Assembly: GCA_965215565.1 (NCBI GenBank)
Contig: CBDCDZ010000004.1
Coordinates: forward strand, 3,008,001 to 3,072,000
Length of the DNA stretch: 64,000 nucleotides
DNA from: Trueperaceae bacterium
GTDB taxonomy: Bacteria; Deinococcota; Deinococci; Deinococcales; Trueperaceae
Direction: 5' to 3'
The position numbers and the translations under genes were made by a program. Positions 1 through 9,407 of the stretch are shown piece by piece (positions within the stretch are counted from its first letter, which is position 1; every line of letters starts with the position of its first letter). Below the pieces are notes generated by a model, which worked only from the letters and a program-made list of their open reading frames with translations, was not told the DNA's origin and did no database searches.

Positions 1-2050
1 GTCATCCTGGACGAGCGACTCACTGCCAGCTCTCGCCCCGCTCGAGCGATCAAGTCAGCCAGCACAACCGCAGCAGTGGAGTGACGCGGCGCTACCTGAG
101 GGAGAAGTCAGCGCGGTGGCAGAGCCAGACGCAGCCACCTCGACGCCAGCGGCGCAGAGCGAACCGCAAGCGCCGAGCAGCGCGTTGCCCGAGGTCCTCA
201 ACACGACGGACGCCCTCGATATCGTCGCGCCGAGCAGCCTGATCGCCCCTCTTCCGCCCGTTGGCGACGCCACCGAGGTGCTGCCCCCAGGTAGCGCTGC
301 GCCGCCAAGTGTAGGCGCAGGTCCGAGCGACGGCCCACTCGATATTGTGCCGCCCGCTGAGATTCAGCCCCCCACGGTTCCCATTATCGGCACGACGCCC
401 GACGCGATCACCGCAGTTGCGCCGCCACCCGACTGGCGCGAGGACACGCCGTTCGTGGAGGCGTTCGGCAGCGGCTCGTCAGGAAGCCGCATCTGTAAGA
501 CGGTGCGCGGGGTAAGAGTATGCGGCTCAGTCAAAAACGTCAACCGTGTGGCTGCAAGGATAAAGGCGAGCGCGAACGCCTCGACTGGTGGTAGACAAGT
601 TGAGTTAGAAGTCAGCGTGGAAGCACTTGAGTCCGCCTTGAACTATACAGCCGATCTTACAGAGCAGAAGCTCGGGAAAACCGCAGCGGATCAGCTTAGG
701 GAGATGTTCGGCGAACTAAGTAAGGGTGTTAGGGAAGGTAGCTTTGGAGAGATCAACTACGCAGACCTTTATAACCTCTCAGTAAACATTGCGACCGGTA
801 TTGATGTCGGCAATATCTTGGCAGGTGACATCTCCGACGCATACGAGTTCTATATAACACGTGTGCCCACTAGCGGTGAAACCTTTGAGCCTATTAACTT
901 CGGGTTTTTACGCGACCGAATGGCTGATGGGATGTATGTGAATGACTCTCGAGCCATTATCGGCTCAATGGAGATGCTTGATGCACGCGCTCAAGGCTAT
1001 GCTAACAGCATAGAGATGTGGTCAGACGAGGTTTCTGGTGACCGGCACCTGTTCTCTAACTTGGCTTTAATTGCCCCCTTCATACTGGACCTCCTGCCAA
1101 CAAGGTGGCTCAAAGGTTCACGAGCTGGGCGTGGAGGAAGGGCGCTTTCAGCGACTAGAGCTGGAAAATTGTCTGGTCTCGATGCTCAAACGCTCAATGC
1201 AAGGTTTAATCGGGGCAGGCCCTCAATACGATCTCGTATAGCTTACGGTTGTCCTAACAGCTTCTCCGCCGACACCCCCGTCGCCACCCCCTACGGTCTA
1301 ATCGCCATCGCCACCCTCGTCAAAGAGAAGATTCAGGAAATCTTCGGCTACAACGAAGAAACAGGTGAAGTCGATGTTTTCACCGTCACGCACTACCACG
1401 TCCACGACGACCCCGTCACTTATGACATCGTGGTTGACGATGATGTGACCGACAACATCCCCGGTGAACTCGTCGAGACTACCCCAGAACACCCCTTCTA
1501 CGTCTTAGGACAGTGGATTGACGCCGAAGACCTAGAAGTGGGAATGCCCCTAAGCACCTATGAGGGAACAGACCTCGTGCATAGCGGCACGGTCACCTCA
1601 ATCGAGCGCATCGAACAGACGCAGACGATGTACAACTTGACTGTTGATACTGCCCACACCTTCTTTGTGGGGGAGGGGCAGTGGTTGGTGCATAATTGCG
1701 GAGATTTAATATCACCACAGCGCCAGAATCACATTCTTAATGGTGATAGTACGGGTGGAGGACATCTATGGCCCGGTCAACCAGGTCATACACCATTTCC
1801 TCAGAGCTGGTCAGGCGACGATATTCTAGACAATCTCGCCGATATTGCAACCGATCCAAACACGCAATGGTATAGACAGGTTGGCGTAGACCCAATCTGG
1901 ACTAATAAAGGCGATCCCAGGAGATGGACTGCTTGGGAAACAAGAAATGGAGTAAGAGTCAAGATTGTATATGAGCCCGGTACAGGTGAAATCATTACTG
2001 GATTTCCTGATTCTAGACCTATCCCCAATGGATTGATCCAAGTACCCTAA
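1..2050 (+). CDS. Polymorphic toxin, 5'-truncated by the window edge: Pro-rich linker, helical region, pretoxin HINT domain (1259-1696), C-terminal bacterial EndoU-type RNase (1697-2050)
   Basis: Frame is open from base 2, so the true start lies upstream. HINT motifs SFSADTPV...TTPEHPFYV...MYNLTVDTAHTFFVG..WLVHN|C. Tip HILNGDSTGGGH...TPFPQSW...IITGFP is a MafB-type EndoU pattern. GC drops in the tip. Confidence 0.88.
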   Translation, partial: SSWTSDSLPALAPLERSSQPAQPQQWSDAALPEGEVSAVAEPDAATSTPAAQSEPQAPSSALPEVLNTTDALDIVAPSSLIAPLPPVGDATEVLPPGSAAPPSVGAGPSDGPLDIVPPAEIQPPTVPIIGTTPDAITAVAPPPDWREDTPFVEAFGSGSSGSRICKTVRGVRVCGSVKNVNRVAARIKASANASTGGRQVELEVSVEALESALNYTADLTEQKLGKTAADQLREMFGELSKGVREGSFGEINYADLYNLSVNIATGIDVGNILAGDISDAYEFYITRVPTSGETFEPINFGFLRDRMADGMYVNDSRAIIGSMEMLDARAQGYANSIEMWSDEVSGDRHLFSNLALIAPFILDLLPTRWLKGSRAGRGGRALSATRAGKLSGLDAQTLNARFNRGRPSIRSRIAYGCPNSFSADTPVATPYGLIAIATLVKEKIQEIFGYNEETGEVDVFTVTHYHVHDDPVTYDIVVDDDVTDNIPGELVETTPEHPFYVLGQWIDAEDLEVGMPLSTYEGTDLVHSGTVTSIERIEQTQTMYNLTVDTAHTFFVGEGQWLVHNCGDLISPQRQNHILNGDSTGGGHLWPGQPGHTPFPQSWSGDDILDNLADIATDPNTQWYRQVGVDPIWTNKGDPRRWTAWETRNGVRVKIVYEPGTGEIITGFPDSRPIPNGLIQVP

Positions 2051-2071
2051 TGTACAAAGGTGGTGAGCTAA

Positions 2072-2356
2072 GTGAACATAGCTGCTGAACTTGCGAAAAC
2101 TGCTGAGTCGTTCCGAACTCGTTTTAATGAAGTAGTGGTTTTTAGAGAGGTAGGGTTTGATGTAGTCTCTTTCATTAAAGACTATATTGACCATCGTGAG
2201 TACGGGCTTGCATTTGAAACTCTCTGTCAAAACTTGCTCGAGTACGACATCGCATTATCCGAAGAGGAGTACGTTAGGTTAGAACATCTTGGAAACGAGC
2301 TGTATCCTGAAAGTGATCACGATTGGTATCGCCTAAAGGAGTTGATAGCGTACTAA
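2072..2356 (+). CDS. MafI-like immunity protein cognate to the EndoU toxin
   Basis: Small acidic ORF directly after the toxin; motif YIDHREYGLAFETLCQNLLEYDIAL. Confidence 0.75.
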   Translation: MNIAAELAKTAESFRTRFNEVVVFREVGFDVVSFIKDYIDHREYGLAFETLCQNLLEYDIALSEEEYVRLEHLGNELYPESDHDWYRLKELIAY

Positions 2357-2383
2357 AGTCTCACCAGTAAAGTAACCATACCC

Positions 2384-2424
2384 CACCATCGCAAGAGAAC
2401 GATATTCTCTTGCGATGGTGTGTT
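2384..2424 (+). terminator. Intrinsic terminator after the toxin-immunity pair
   Basis: Perfect 16-bp stem CACCATCGCAAGAGAA / TTCTCTTGCGATGGTG followed by TGTT; the T-run continues as TTC after the IS. Confidence 0.65.
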
Positions 2425-2454
2425 TGATACTCCCCCGATTTCACGGAGACATAG

Positions 2455-3324
2455 TTAAGCAGCTTGAGCGAAGTGTACCCTCTCGAAATCATTAGGCGAA
2501 AGGTAGCCCAACGACGAATGTTTGCGCTTGGAGTTATAGAAGCCCTCCAAATAGCTGAAGATGCTGGTTCTGGCTTGCTGGCGGGTCTGGTAGACGTTGT
2601 TTTCAACCTCCTCGGTTTTGAGCGTGGCGAAGAATGATTCAACAACGGCATTATCGTAAGCATTGCCTTTACTCGACATGCTTTGGCTGATGCCTTTGGT
2701 GTTTAGCTCGGCTCTAAAGGCGTTGCTAGCATACTGAGCCCCTTGATCGGAATGATGCAGTAGTCCTGCTAGGGTGGAGCGCTGCCGCGTTGCCATTTCC
2801 AAGGCTGAGCGCGTCAAATCATCAGTCAGCCTCTTAGAGAACGCCCAGCCGATGACTTTGCGACTGAACAAGTCGAGCGTTACAGCAAGATAGAGCCAAC
2901 CTTCAGCGGTGGCAATGTAGGTGATGTCCGAGGCCCACAGCGCGTCAGGCGTAGCAACATCGAAGTTCTGCTTGACGAGATTCTCTGCTTTAGGGCGCTG
3001 ATGGTTCGAGTCCGTTGTGGTCTTATACTTCCGCTTTGTTTTACCTCTTAGACCCGCTGCTCGCATCAAACGCGCGACGCGCTTACGCCCGATGTTATAC
3101 CCAGCATCTTTGAGGTCTCGATAAATGCGCGGCGAGCCATAGGTGCAACGACTTCCACAATGGAACTTAATGATTTCCTTTGAGAGGGTTTTGTCCTCCT
3201 TGGCTCGCCTGCTCTGAGGGCGTTTCAGCCAATCATAAAAACCACTTACTGATACAGCTAACACCTCAGCCATCAGGCTGACCGCCCACCGACCTCGGTG
3301 TTCCTTCATAAAGGTGTACCTCAC
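2455..3324 (-). CDS. IS3 transposase OrfB (DDE/rve)
   Basis: WASDITY, HHSDQGAQY and DNAVVESFFATLKTE motifs. Confidence 0.95.
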   Translation of the reverse strand: MRYTFMKEHRGRWAVSLMAEVLAVSVSGFYDWLKRPQSRRAKEDKTLSKEIIKFHCGSRCTYGSPRIYRDLKDAGYNIGRKRVARLMRAAGLRGKTKRKYKTTTDSNHQRPKAENLVKQNFDVATPDALWASDITYIATAEGWLYLAVTLDLFSRKVIGWAFSKRLTDDLTRSALEMATRQRSTLAGLLHHSDQGAQYASNAFRAELNTKGISQSMSSKGNAYDNAVVESFFATLKTEEVENNVYQTRQQARTSIFSYLEGFYNSKRKHSSLGYLSPNDFERVHFAQAA

Positions 3325-3617
3325 GTGCTTTCCTTGGCGAAGAACCCAACTGCCTTTTTTAGAATGTCACGCTCCTGCTTGACCCGCTCGAGTTCCTTCT
3401 TCAAGCGCAAATTCTCCTGCTGGTCGGCGGTTAGCGCAACCTTGCCGTTGCCCGGAAAGGCTAGCTCACTACGCTCTTGCGCCTGTCTGCGCCATTTGTA
3501 GAGGCTATGGTCACTTACTCCTAGCTCTTCGGCTATCTGAACGACGCTCACACCCGGCTGCTGGCTCAGCCTCACCGCTTCTCGTTTGAACTCTGCTGTA
3601 TACGTTCTTCTCGTCAT
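3321..3617 (-). CDS. IS3 transposase OrfA (HTH)
   Basis: RRTYTAEFKREAV...ERDILKKA; A6G slippery motif near 3354-3360 on the minus strand; GTGA overlap with orfB. Confidence 0.93.
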   Translation of the reverse strand: MTRRTYTAEFKREAVRLSQQPGVSVVQIAEELGVSDHSLYKWRRQAQERSELAFPGNGKVALTADQQENLRLKKELERVKQERDILKKAVGFFAKEST

Positions 3618-3711
3618 GTCGCCTCCATTCTATTAGAGGCTTAACTGAGTCTCCGTTTTAGCGGGGCAATATCAGTTTTCTACGTCCATCTTTACGAATC
3701 AGATTTGTAAA

Positions 3712-4367
3712 CTGACTTCGCCGACGACTAGTCGTGTCAACTCATCAAAACCACCCCAGAGCACCCCTTCTACGTCCTAGGCGATTGGGTTGATGCAGAA
3801 GACCTAGAAGTTGGAATGCCCCTAAGCACCTACGAGGGCGAGAACCTCATCCATAGCGGCACGGTCACCTCTATCAAGCGCGTCGAAGAGACCCAGACGA
3901 TGTATAACCTGACGGTTGATACTGCTCATACCTTCTTCGTGGGTGAGGGTGAGTGGTTGGTGCATAATACGGGTGCGTGTAGCATCAATGTCGGGCACAT
4001 CTTTCATGGCGAGATAAACAGGCGTGGTAGAGCTGTTGGATTTCACCATGAAGGCTCGATAGGACATGAGGGATTTGCCAGAGTCGTAGGTAGAGGAACT
4101 GAGGATGTTCATGGGGTTTATAACGCAGTTGTAGAGGTCTTAGACCCCGTTAGTAATCAGTGGGTCCGCAAGAAGGTTCCTAACCATACGATGTTCCCAA
4201 GGGATTGGTCACGCTCTCAGGTACTAGAAGAGATTCGTGGAGCGTTCTCAAATGCTACATTCAACGGGAACAGTTGGACGGGTACCTCCCCAAGCAATGT
4301 GCCTATTGGAGGTTTTCTTGATCACAATGGAAACATTAACACGGCGTTTCCGATCTATACGCCGTAA
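3712..4367 (+). CDS. Orphan toxin cassette: C-terminal half of HINT plus a second EndoU-type toxin tip
   Basis: DNA closely resembles 1470-1696 up to WLVHN|T. Tip HIFHGEINRRGRAVGFHH...K...TMFPRDW...INTAFP. An in-frame TAG near 3729 precedes it, and the ATG at 3816 is internal to HINT. Confidence 0.82.
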
Positions 4368-4386
4368 CGTTCAAAGGAGTTAAGTC

Positions 4387-4734
4387 ATGGAAGCACAGGT
4401 GCGTATGTTTAGGGATGAAAGTGGGCTACCCAGAGCAAGGGCAGCCCACCCATTAGAAGCTTTGGCGAGCTTTTTGGAGTTTGATCTACAGGGAAGAAAA
4501 GAGGCTTCAACTGACCTTCTCAGTATCATTACGGAGGTTGAAACTCAAGAAATCTCAGAATGGGAGGGTACTGGAAATGCTCATACCCTCACACTGACCT
4601 TTGATAAAGCTCATATATACAATGAGTTTGCTATACCAATCTCTGAATGCGAACTTCCTCTTGCAGACTTTAGAGATGTTGTTGAGCGCTGGCTCGAGTT
4701 CTTGACTTATCAACGAAACGTTATGAAACCATAG
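4387..4734 (+). CDS. Putative immunity protein of the orphan EndoU (YacL/UPF0231-like)
   Basis: AAGGAG RBS; small acidic ORF after the toxin tip; ends with the ...DVVERWLEF pattern. Confidence 0.65.
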   Translation: MEAQVRMFRDESGLPRARAAHPLEALASFLEFDLQGRKEASTDLLSIITEVETQEISEWEGTGNAHTLTLTFDKAHIYNEFAIPISECELPLADFRDVVERWLEFLTYQRNVMKP

Positions 4735-4769
4735 GTCTTTGGTAAATGCCAGCTTGAGCAGCCGCCACC

Positions 4770-5125
4770 TGCAACAGCTTCTCCGCCGACACCCCCGTCG
4801 CCACCCCCGCAGGCGCAGTCGCCATCAGTACGTTCGTTGGTCAAGAGGGCACGGAAGTCACAACGTACAACGAGAAAACAGGGCAAGTCGAACCCAACAT
4901 CATCACCGAAGTTCACGTTCACGACGACCCCATTACGATAGTCCTCACCGTTGACTTTGACCTTACCGACGACCAGCCAGGCGAACTCATCGAAACGACG
5001 CCAGAACACCCCTTCTATGTCTTAGGTAAGTGGGTTGATGCAGAAGACCTAGAAGTCGGAATACCTCTGAGCACCTTCGGAAACACGAATCTCGTTCATG
5101 GCAGGGCAGTCACAAATGTCGATCG
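4770..5125 (+). pseudogene. Start-less HINT remnant with no C-terminal HN and no toxin tip
   Basis: Translates CNSFSADTPVATPAG...TTPEHPFYVLGKWVDAEDLEVGIPLSTF...VHG; in-frame TGA at 4755 upstream; not in the ORF track. Confidence 0.85.
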
Positions 5126-5227
5126 CTGCGTATCGAGTACTCCTCAAAAGGCTTTTCTCACATCTCTAGTCTCATGCGAGTTTTTCACCTCAAAAACGCT
5201 GTCTAATCCCTAGAGTAGAGAGCGGCT

Positions 5228-6160
5228 ATGAACCTCTCACGCTTTTTTCACACCTCATACCGTCGTCCCCTCCGTCTTCTACTTCCGCTTCTGCTCTGTA
5301 GCAGCGTCGCCTCCGCCCAACTCTTCCGCGAGACCGTCGATGCAGCGACCTTCGAGTTACAAGGACCGGTGCGCAAAGTCGAGCGTACCGTTACACTATT
5401 TGAAGGTGACGTTTCCACCCCGCTGCCCCACCTCGACACGATGACCTTCAATAAGAAGGGCTTTTTGAAAGAAGCCCTTAGCCGCGACACGGAGAGTGAC
5501 CGCGTAACCGAGCACATCGTCTACGACCACAACGGCTCAGGTAAGCTCCGCACGGTCGAGACGTACCAGCAGGAGCAACTTCTGCGCCGCGACGAGTCCC
5601 GATATCGAGGGCGGAACTGGCGGGCGACTTTCTACTACGACGCCGAAGAGCAACTCGAGGCGGTTGCCACCGTCAGGGGCTACCGCAAGGAAGTACCCGG
5701 GGGAGTGCCCCACCGGACCTACACCTTCGACGAGGCAATGCGCCCCTTAGTCGAGCGCACCTACTTCCCCGATGAGGATGAGCCCGTACGTACGGTTCGC
5801 TATACCTACGAGGACGGTCGGCTAACCAAGGCCGTCGAGCGCGGACCCGAGGGTGAGTTGCTCTCGCGCGAAGTCTACATCTACGACGAGTCAGGTCGAG
5901 TCGAAGTCAAACGCTTCTACGACGCCACCGACAGCGAGCGCACCCGCACCCGCTACCGCTACGACGAGCACGGCAACGTCGTCAACGAACGCACGGTCGA
6001 CGGTGAAGATACGCTGGTTGCTTTGCTCCGCTACCGCTATACCTACGACGAACAGGGCAACTGGCTGACCAAAACGACTCTCTTCCGCGACAGCGAAGAG
6101 GCCGAGTTCGAGCAGCAGAGCCTCGAGACCCGCACCATCAAGTACCACCGGGAGGGCTGA
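5228..6160 (+). CDS. Exported YD/RHS-like repeat protein
   Basis: Signal peptide LLLPLLLCSSVASA|Q; repeated YxYDxxGR/GN units (YIYDESGR, YRYDEHGN, YTYDEQGNW). Confidence 0.75.
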   Translation: MNLSRFFHTSYRRPLRLLLPLLLCSSVASAQLFRETVDAATFELQGPVRKVERTVTLFEGDVSTPLPHLDTMTFNKKGFLKEALSRDTESDRVTEHIVYDHNGSGKLRTVETYQQEQLLRRDESRYRGRNWRATFYYDAEEQLEAVATVRGYRKEVPGGVPHRTYTFDEAMRPLVERTYFPDEDEPVRTVRYTYEDGRLTKAVERGPEGELLSREVYIYDESGRVEVKRFYDATDSERTRTRYRYDEHGNVVNERTVDGEDTLVALLRYRYTYDEQGNWLTKTTLFRDSEEAEFEQQSLETRTIKYHREG

Positions 6161-6161
6161 G

Positions 6162-7295
6162 ATGACCGCTAAACTCGGTATCTTAGGCGGTATCAGTCTC
6201 GCCCTGCTCGCGCTGAGCGCCTGTAGCAGCGGCGACGGCACGCCCCCCTCGCTCGCCATCTTGTCCCCCGCAGCAGGTTCCCCCGTCTCGGGTACGACAA
6301 CCGTACAGGTCTCCACACCGGAGAACGCCAACGTCGAGCGCGTCACCCTCTATGCACGCGGCGCAGGCAGCGAGCGGCGTGGTCGTCCGGTCGGCTCCGC
6401 CGTGCAGGGTCCCCCCTTCGTCGTCTCCTGGAACACCACCGACGTGCCCAACCAGGCTGAGTTGGAGCTTCTAGCAGTCGGTCGCGACAGCGACGGCGAC
6501 GACGGCGAGTCCGACCCCGTCAAGGTGCGTGTGCAGAACGGCGGCGCGCCCAGCTTGCAACTCCTCACCGCGTTCACCATCGCGCCCGAGCCGGAGGCGG
6601 GTTTCAACGTGCAGACCCTATCGGGTCTAGTCAACGCTGCCGAGGTGCAGCCCCCTGCGGGCTTCGTCGCGCCGAGCCCTCTCCCTGACTCGGCTTTGGC
6701 GACTATGCAGACGGAGGGAGTGCGTGACTACGTGCTCGAGTGGCAGTGGGAGCCCTACCCCAGCGCTGAGAGCTACCGCATCATGCGTAGCGACGACGAT
6801 CTGGTCGGTCCCTATGAGGAAGACCGCTGGCAGAGCGCCGGGGCGGGCACGGGCGCGCAGAAGTTCTCGAAGACGATGGACGGGGCGAAAGCGGGCGACC
6901 GCTTCTACGGCGCGGTGAGAGCCGAGACGGAGGGTCAGATCACGGGCTACTCGAACGCCGACAGCGCCACCTTTTTGCCGCCGCAAGGGACGACCGCACC
7001 CGACGACGGTGCTCGCGTCGACAACGGTCGTCCTGTCCTGAGTTGGCCCGCCACCCCCGGCGCGGATGGCTACCTCTACTATCTCTACGACCGCGACCCC
7101 TGGGCCGAAGGCGCGACGCTCCTGTGGAGCAACTTCCCTCAGAGCGACGCAGGTCGCAGCGCCAGCTATCCCGGAAGCCGTGACGCCCTGCCGAGCGGCA
7201 CCTATAGCTGGTGGGTTGCGGGCATCTCCTTCGACGCGAACGGCAAAGCGGACGGCTTCACCTTCAGCGAGCCCCGGAGCTTCCAGGTCCCCTGA
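6162..7295 (+). CDS. Lipoprotein with Ig-like and FN3-like beta domains
   Basis: Lipobox LSAC; ILSPAAGSPVSGTTTV...WNTT Ig-like pattern; PVLSWPATPGADGY...PSGTYSWWV FN3-like pattern. Confidence 0.7.
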   Translation: MTAKLGILGGISLALLALSACSSGDGTPPSLAILSPAAGSPVSGTTTVQVSTPENANVERVTLYARGAGSERRGRPVGSAVQGPPFVVSWNTTDVPNQAELELLAVGRDSDGDDGESDPVKVRVQNGGAPSLQLLTAFTIAPEPEAGFNVQTLSGLVNAAEVQPPAGFVAPSPLPDSALATMQTEGVRDYVLEWQWEPYPSAESYRIMRSDDDLVGPYEEDRWQSAGAGTGAQKFSKTMDGAKAGDRFYGAVRAETEGQITGYSNADSATFLPPQGTTAPDDGARVDNGRPVLSWPATPGADGYLYYLYDRDPWAEGATLLWSNFPQSDAGRSASYPGSRDALPSGTYSWWVAGISFDANGKADGFTFSEPRSFQVP

Positions 7296-7298
7296 GTC

Positions 7299-7329
7299 AA
7301 AAAGCTCACCCCCCAGGGGCGAGCTTTTT
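7299..7329 (+). terminator. Probable intrinsic terminator
   Basis: AAAAAGCTC...GAGCTTTTT stem with an inner GC hairpin, immediately after the stop at 7295. Confidence 0.55.
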
Positions 7330-7370
7330 CCCTTCCTAAAGGTTTCAAACCCTCTACAGTAGCCCTTGCG

Positions 7371-9407
7371 ATGCGCCCTTCTCTGCCTCCCTTACGCGCC
7401 CTCTGCGCTCTCGCTCTACTCCTCTTGAACGCCTGCGGTGGGGGCGAGTCACCCTACACGCTGACCGCCGTGCTACCCTCGCCGGTGACACCCGGTGAAA
7501 CAGCCGTCGTGTACGGCACACTCCCTCAAGATACAACCCTCTCACTCGACGAGACCTTGGTGCTCGGCACGCTGGTGCCCGGCGGTTTAGAGTTCACCGT
7601 ACCCGAAGCGGCGATAGCCGGGAGCCAGGTCCTCTCGGCTCGTATCGGCGGTCAAACGCTCTCCGGTGCCCTGCAAGTCGTGCCGCGCCTCGACACGGCG
7701 ACGTTGGCGGGGAACACCCTTACGGTACACGGTGCGGGCTGGCCTCTCGAAACATCGGCAGAAACGCCGGTCACGCTCGAGGTGGTAGGCAAAGCGCTTA
7801 CCCCTACGCTGAGCGCCGGGCAGCTTCAAGCCACTTTGCCCGACCTGACGCGCTACGGCTCCCTTTCGGTACGAGTCAAGGTCAACGACCAGGTGAGTAA
7901 CGCGCTGAACGTGGTGCGCGAGGCGGGTGCGGTTCAGGGTAAAGTGGTGTTCCCGGCGGAATCTGATGCAGCCCGCATACCAGCGTCACTAGAGGTTCAA
8001 GCAACAGACACCTCTAATTTCAGCGCCTTGCTCGTCTTCGCGGACGAAGCAGAACTCGAAGACCTCGAACTCGAGGGGCTAGAGCATATAGAGTCTCTCC
8101 CCGCCCTCGGCGTCACTCGGCTGAGCTTCGCCACCCGCGCCCAGGCTCGAGCAGCCTATCTATCCCTCAAAGCAGCAGGATTCGGTCTCGAGTACGACCT
8201 CCCCATTCGCACCGACGGCTTTGCAAGCTTGCAAGCGGATGTTCCCGATGAACCTGGCACGGGTCAGTGGCATCTGCCTCTACTCGGTCTCGAGCCCGCT
8301 TGGGAAGCCACGAAGGGCGGAGGTGTCGTCGTCGCGGTTGTCGATACCGGCGTCCAGCTCGATCACCCCGATTTAGTCGCAAACCTCCTACCCGGTTACG
8401 ACTTCGTGGACGGCAACGACCAGCCTTACGACCTCGCTGGACACGGCACGCATGTGGCGGGGCTTGTCGCCGCGAACGGGCAGGTCCTAGGAACCGCGCC
8501 TGAAGCTAAGCTTCTACCCATCCGCTCCCTCGAGGGCACCGCAGGCGGCAGCGCCTTCACCGTAGCGCAGGGCATCTTGTGGGCTGCAGGGCTAGGTGAG
8601 ATGGAGAACCCCAATCCCGCCGACGTCATCAACCTCTCCTTGGGCACGAGCGGCTATTCGGCCACGTTAGCGGGCGCGGTGACTGCGGCGCAGGCGACGG
8701 GTGTCGTGGTGGTAGCCGCTACGGGAAACAGCAGCGGTCCCTTGGCTTACCCTGCCGCCCTACCCGGCGTTCTCTCAGTGACCGCTTTAGCCGGACCCGA
8801 CATCGCGTATCAGCCCTGGTACGCCAACAAAGGAACCGGCGTGTGGGTTACAGGCTACGGTGGCGACACCACCCAGGACCAAGACAGAGACGGCTTTGAC
8901 GACGGCATCCTCTCAGCGGATTTGGGAGGCTACGCCCGGCGTATGGGCACCTCGATGGCTGCGCCGCAGGTCGCTGGCTTAGCCGCACTCGCGCTGGCTT
9001 CGGGGACGCCTGCTGAACTGGTACGGGATACGTTAGGTCACACCGCCACCGATCTCGGCGTGATGGGCTACGACGCCTCGTTCGGCTACGGTTTGGCGAC
9101 GGGGAGAACGGCTGGTCCAAGTACCCCTCGCAGCTACGTATTGGCGCTCGCCGAAAACGAAGTTGTGGGTTGGTCCTTGGTGCAAGCTGACGGGTCATAT
9201 CGACTCGACAATCTCCCTGTAGATCGTTCACTCGCCCTCGTCGCTGCCAGCGACGAGGATGGCGACACCGTCCTCGGCGAGTCTGGTGAGTTGCTCTCGG
9301 TCCCTGTTCCCTTTACACCCACGCCTGGCGACGTGCTCGAAGCGCGCGACCTCACCCTCACCCTCTCTGAGGGTTCCACATCCTATTCTTTGGAGGCTAC
9401 CCCCTAA
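7371..9407 (+). CDS. S8 (subtilisin-like) serine protease lipoprotein with N-terminal IPT/Ig-like domains
   Basis: Lipobox LNAC; catalytic motifs VAVVDTG, HGTHVAG and GTSMAAP. Confidence 0.92.
   Translation: MRPSLPPLRALCALALLLLNACGGGESPYTLTAVLPSPVTPGETAVVYGTLPQDTTLSLDETLVLGTLVPGGLEFTVPEAAIAGSQVLSARIGGQTLSGALQVVPRLDTATLAGNTLTVHGAGWPLETSAETPVTLEVVGKALTPTLSAGQLQATLPDLTRYGSLSVRVKVNDQVSNALNVVREAGAVQGKVVFPAESDAARIPASLEVQATDTSNFSALLVFADEAELEDLELEGLEHIESLPALGVTRLSFATRAQARAAYLSLKAAGFGLEYDLPIRTDGFASLQADVPDEPGTGQWHLPLLGLEPAWEATKGGGVVVAVVDTGVQLDHPDLVANLLPGYDFVDGNDQPYDLAGHGTHVAGLVAANGQVLGTAPEAKLLPIRSLEGTAGGSAFTVAQGILWAAGLGEMENPNPADVINLSLGTSGYSATLAGAVTAAQATGVVVVAATGNSSGPLAYPAALPGVLSVTALAGPDIAYQPWYANKGTGVWVTGYGGDTTQDQDRDGFDDGILSADLGGYARRMGTSMAAPQVAGLAALALASGTPAELVRDTLGHTATDLGVMGYDASFGYGLATGRTAGPSTPRSYVLALAENEVVGWSLVQADGSYRLDNLPVDRSLALVAASDEDGDTVLGESGELLSVPVPFTPTPGDVLEARDLTLTLSEGSTSYSLEATP

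Larger units (their letters stand above)
2425..3674 (-). mobile_element. Complete IS3-family insertion sequence, 1250 bp
   Basis: Imperfect 36-bp terminal IRs: TGATACTCCCCCGATTTCACGGAGACATAGTTAAGC vs reverse complement TGATATTGCCCCGCTAAAACGGAGACTCAGTTAAGC. 3-bp target duplication GTT at 2422-2424 and 3675-3677. Contains orfA and orfB. Confidence 0.95.
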
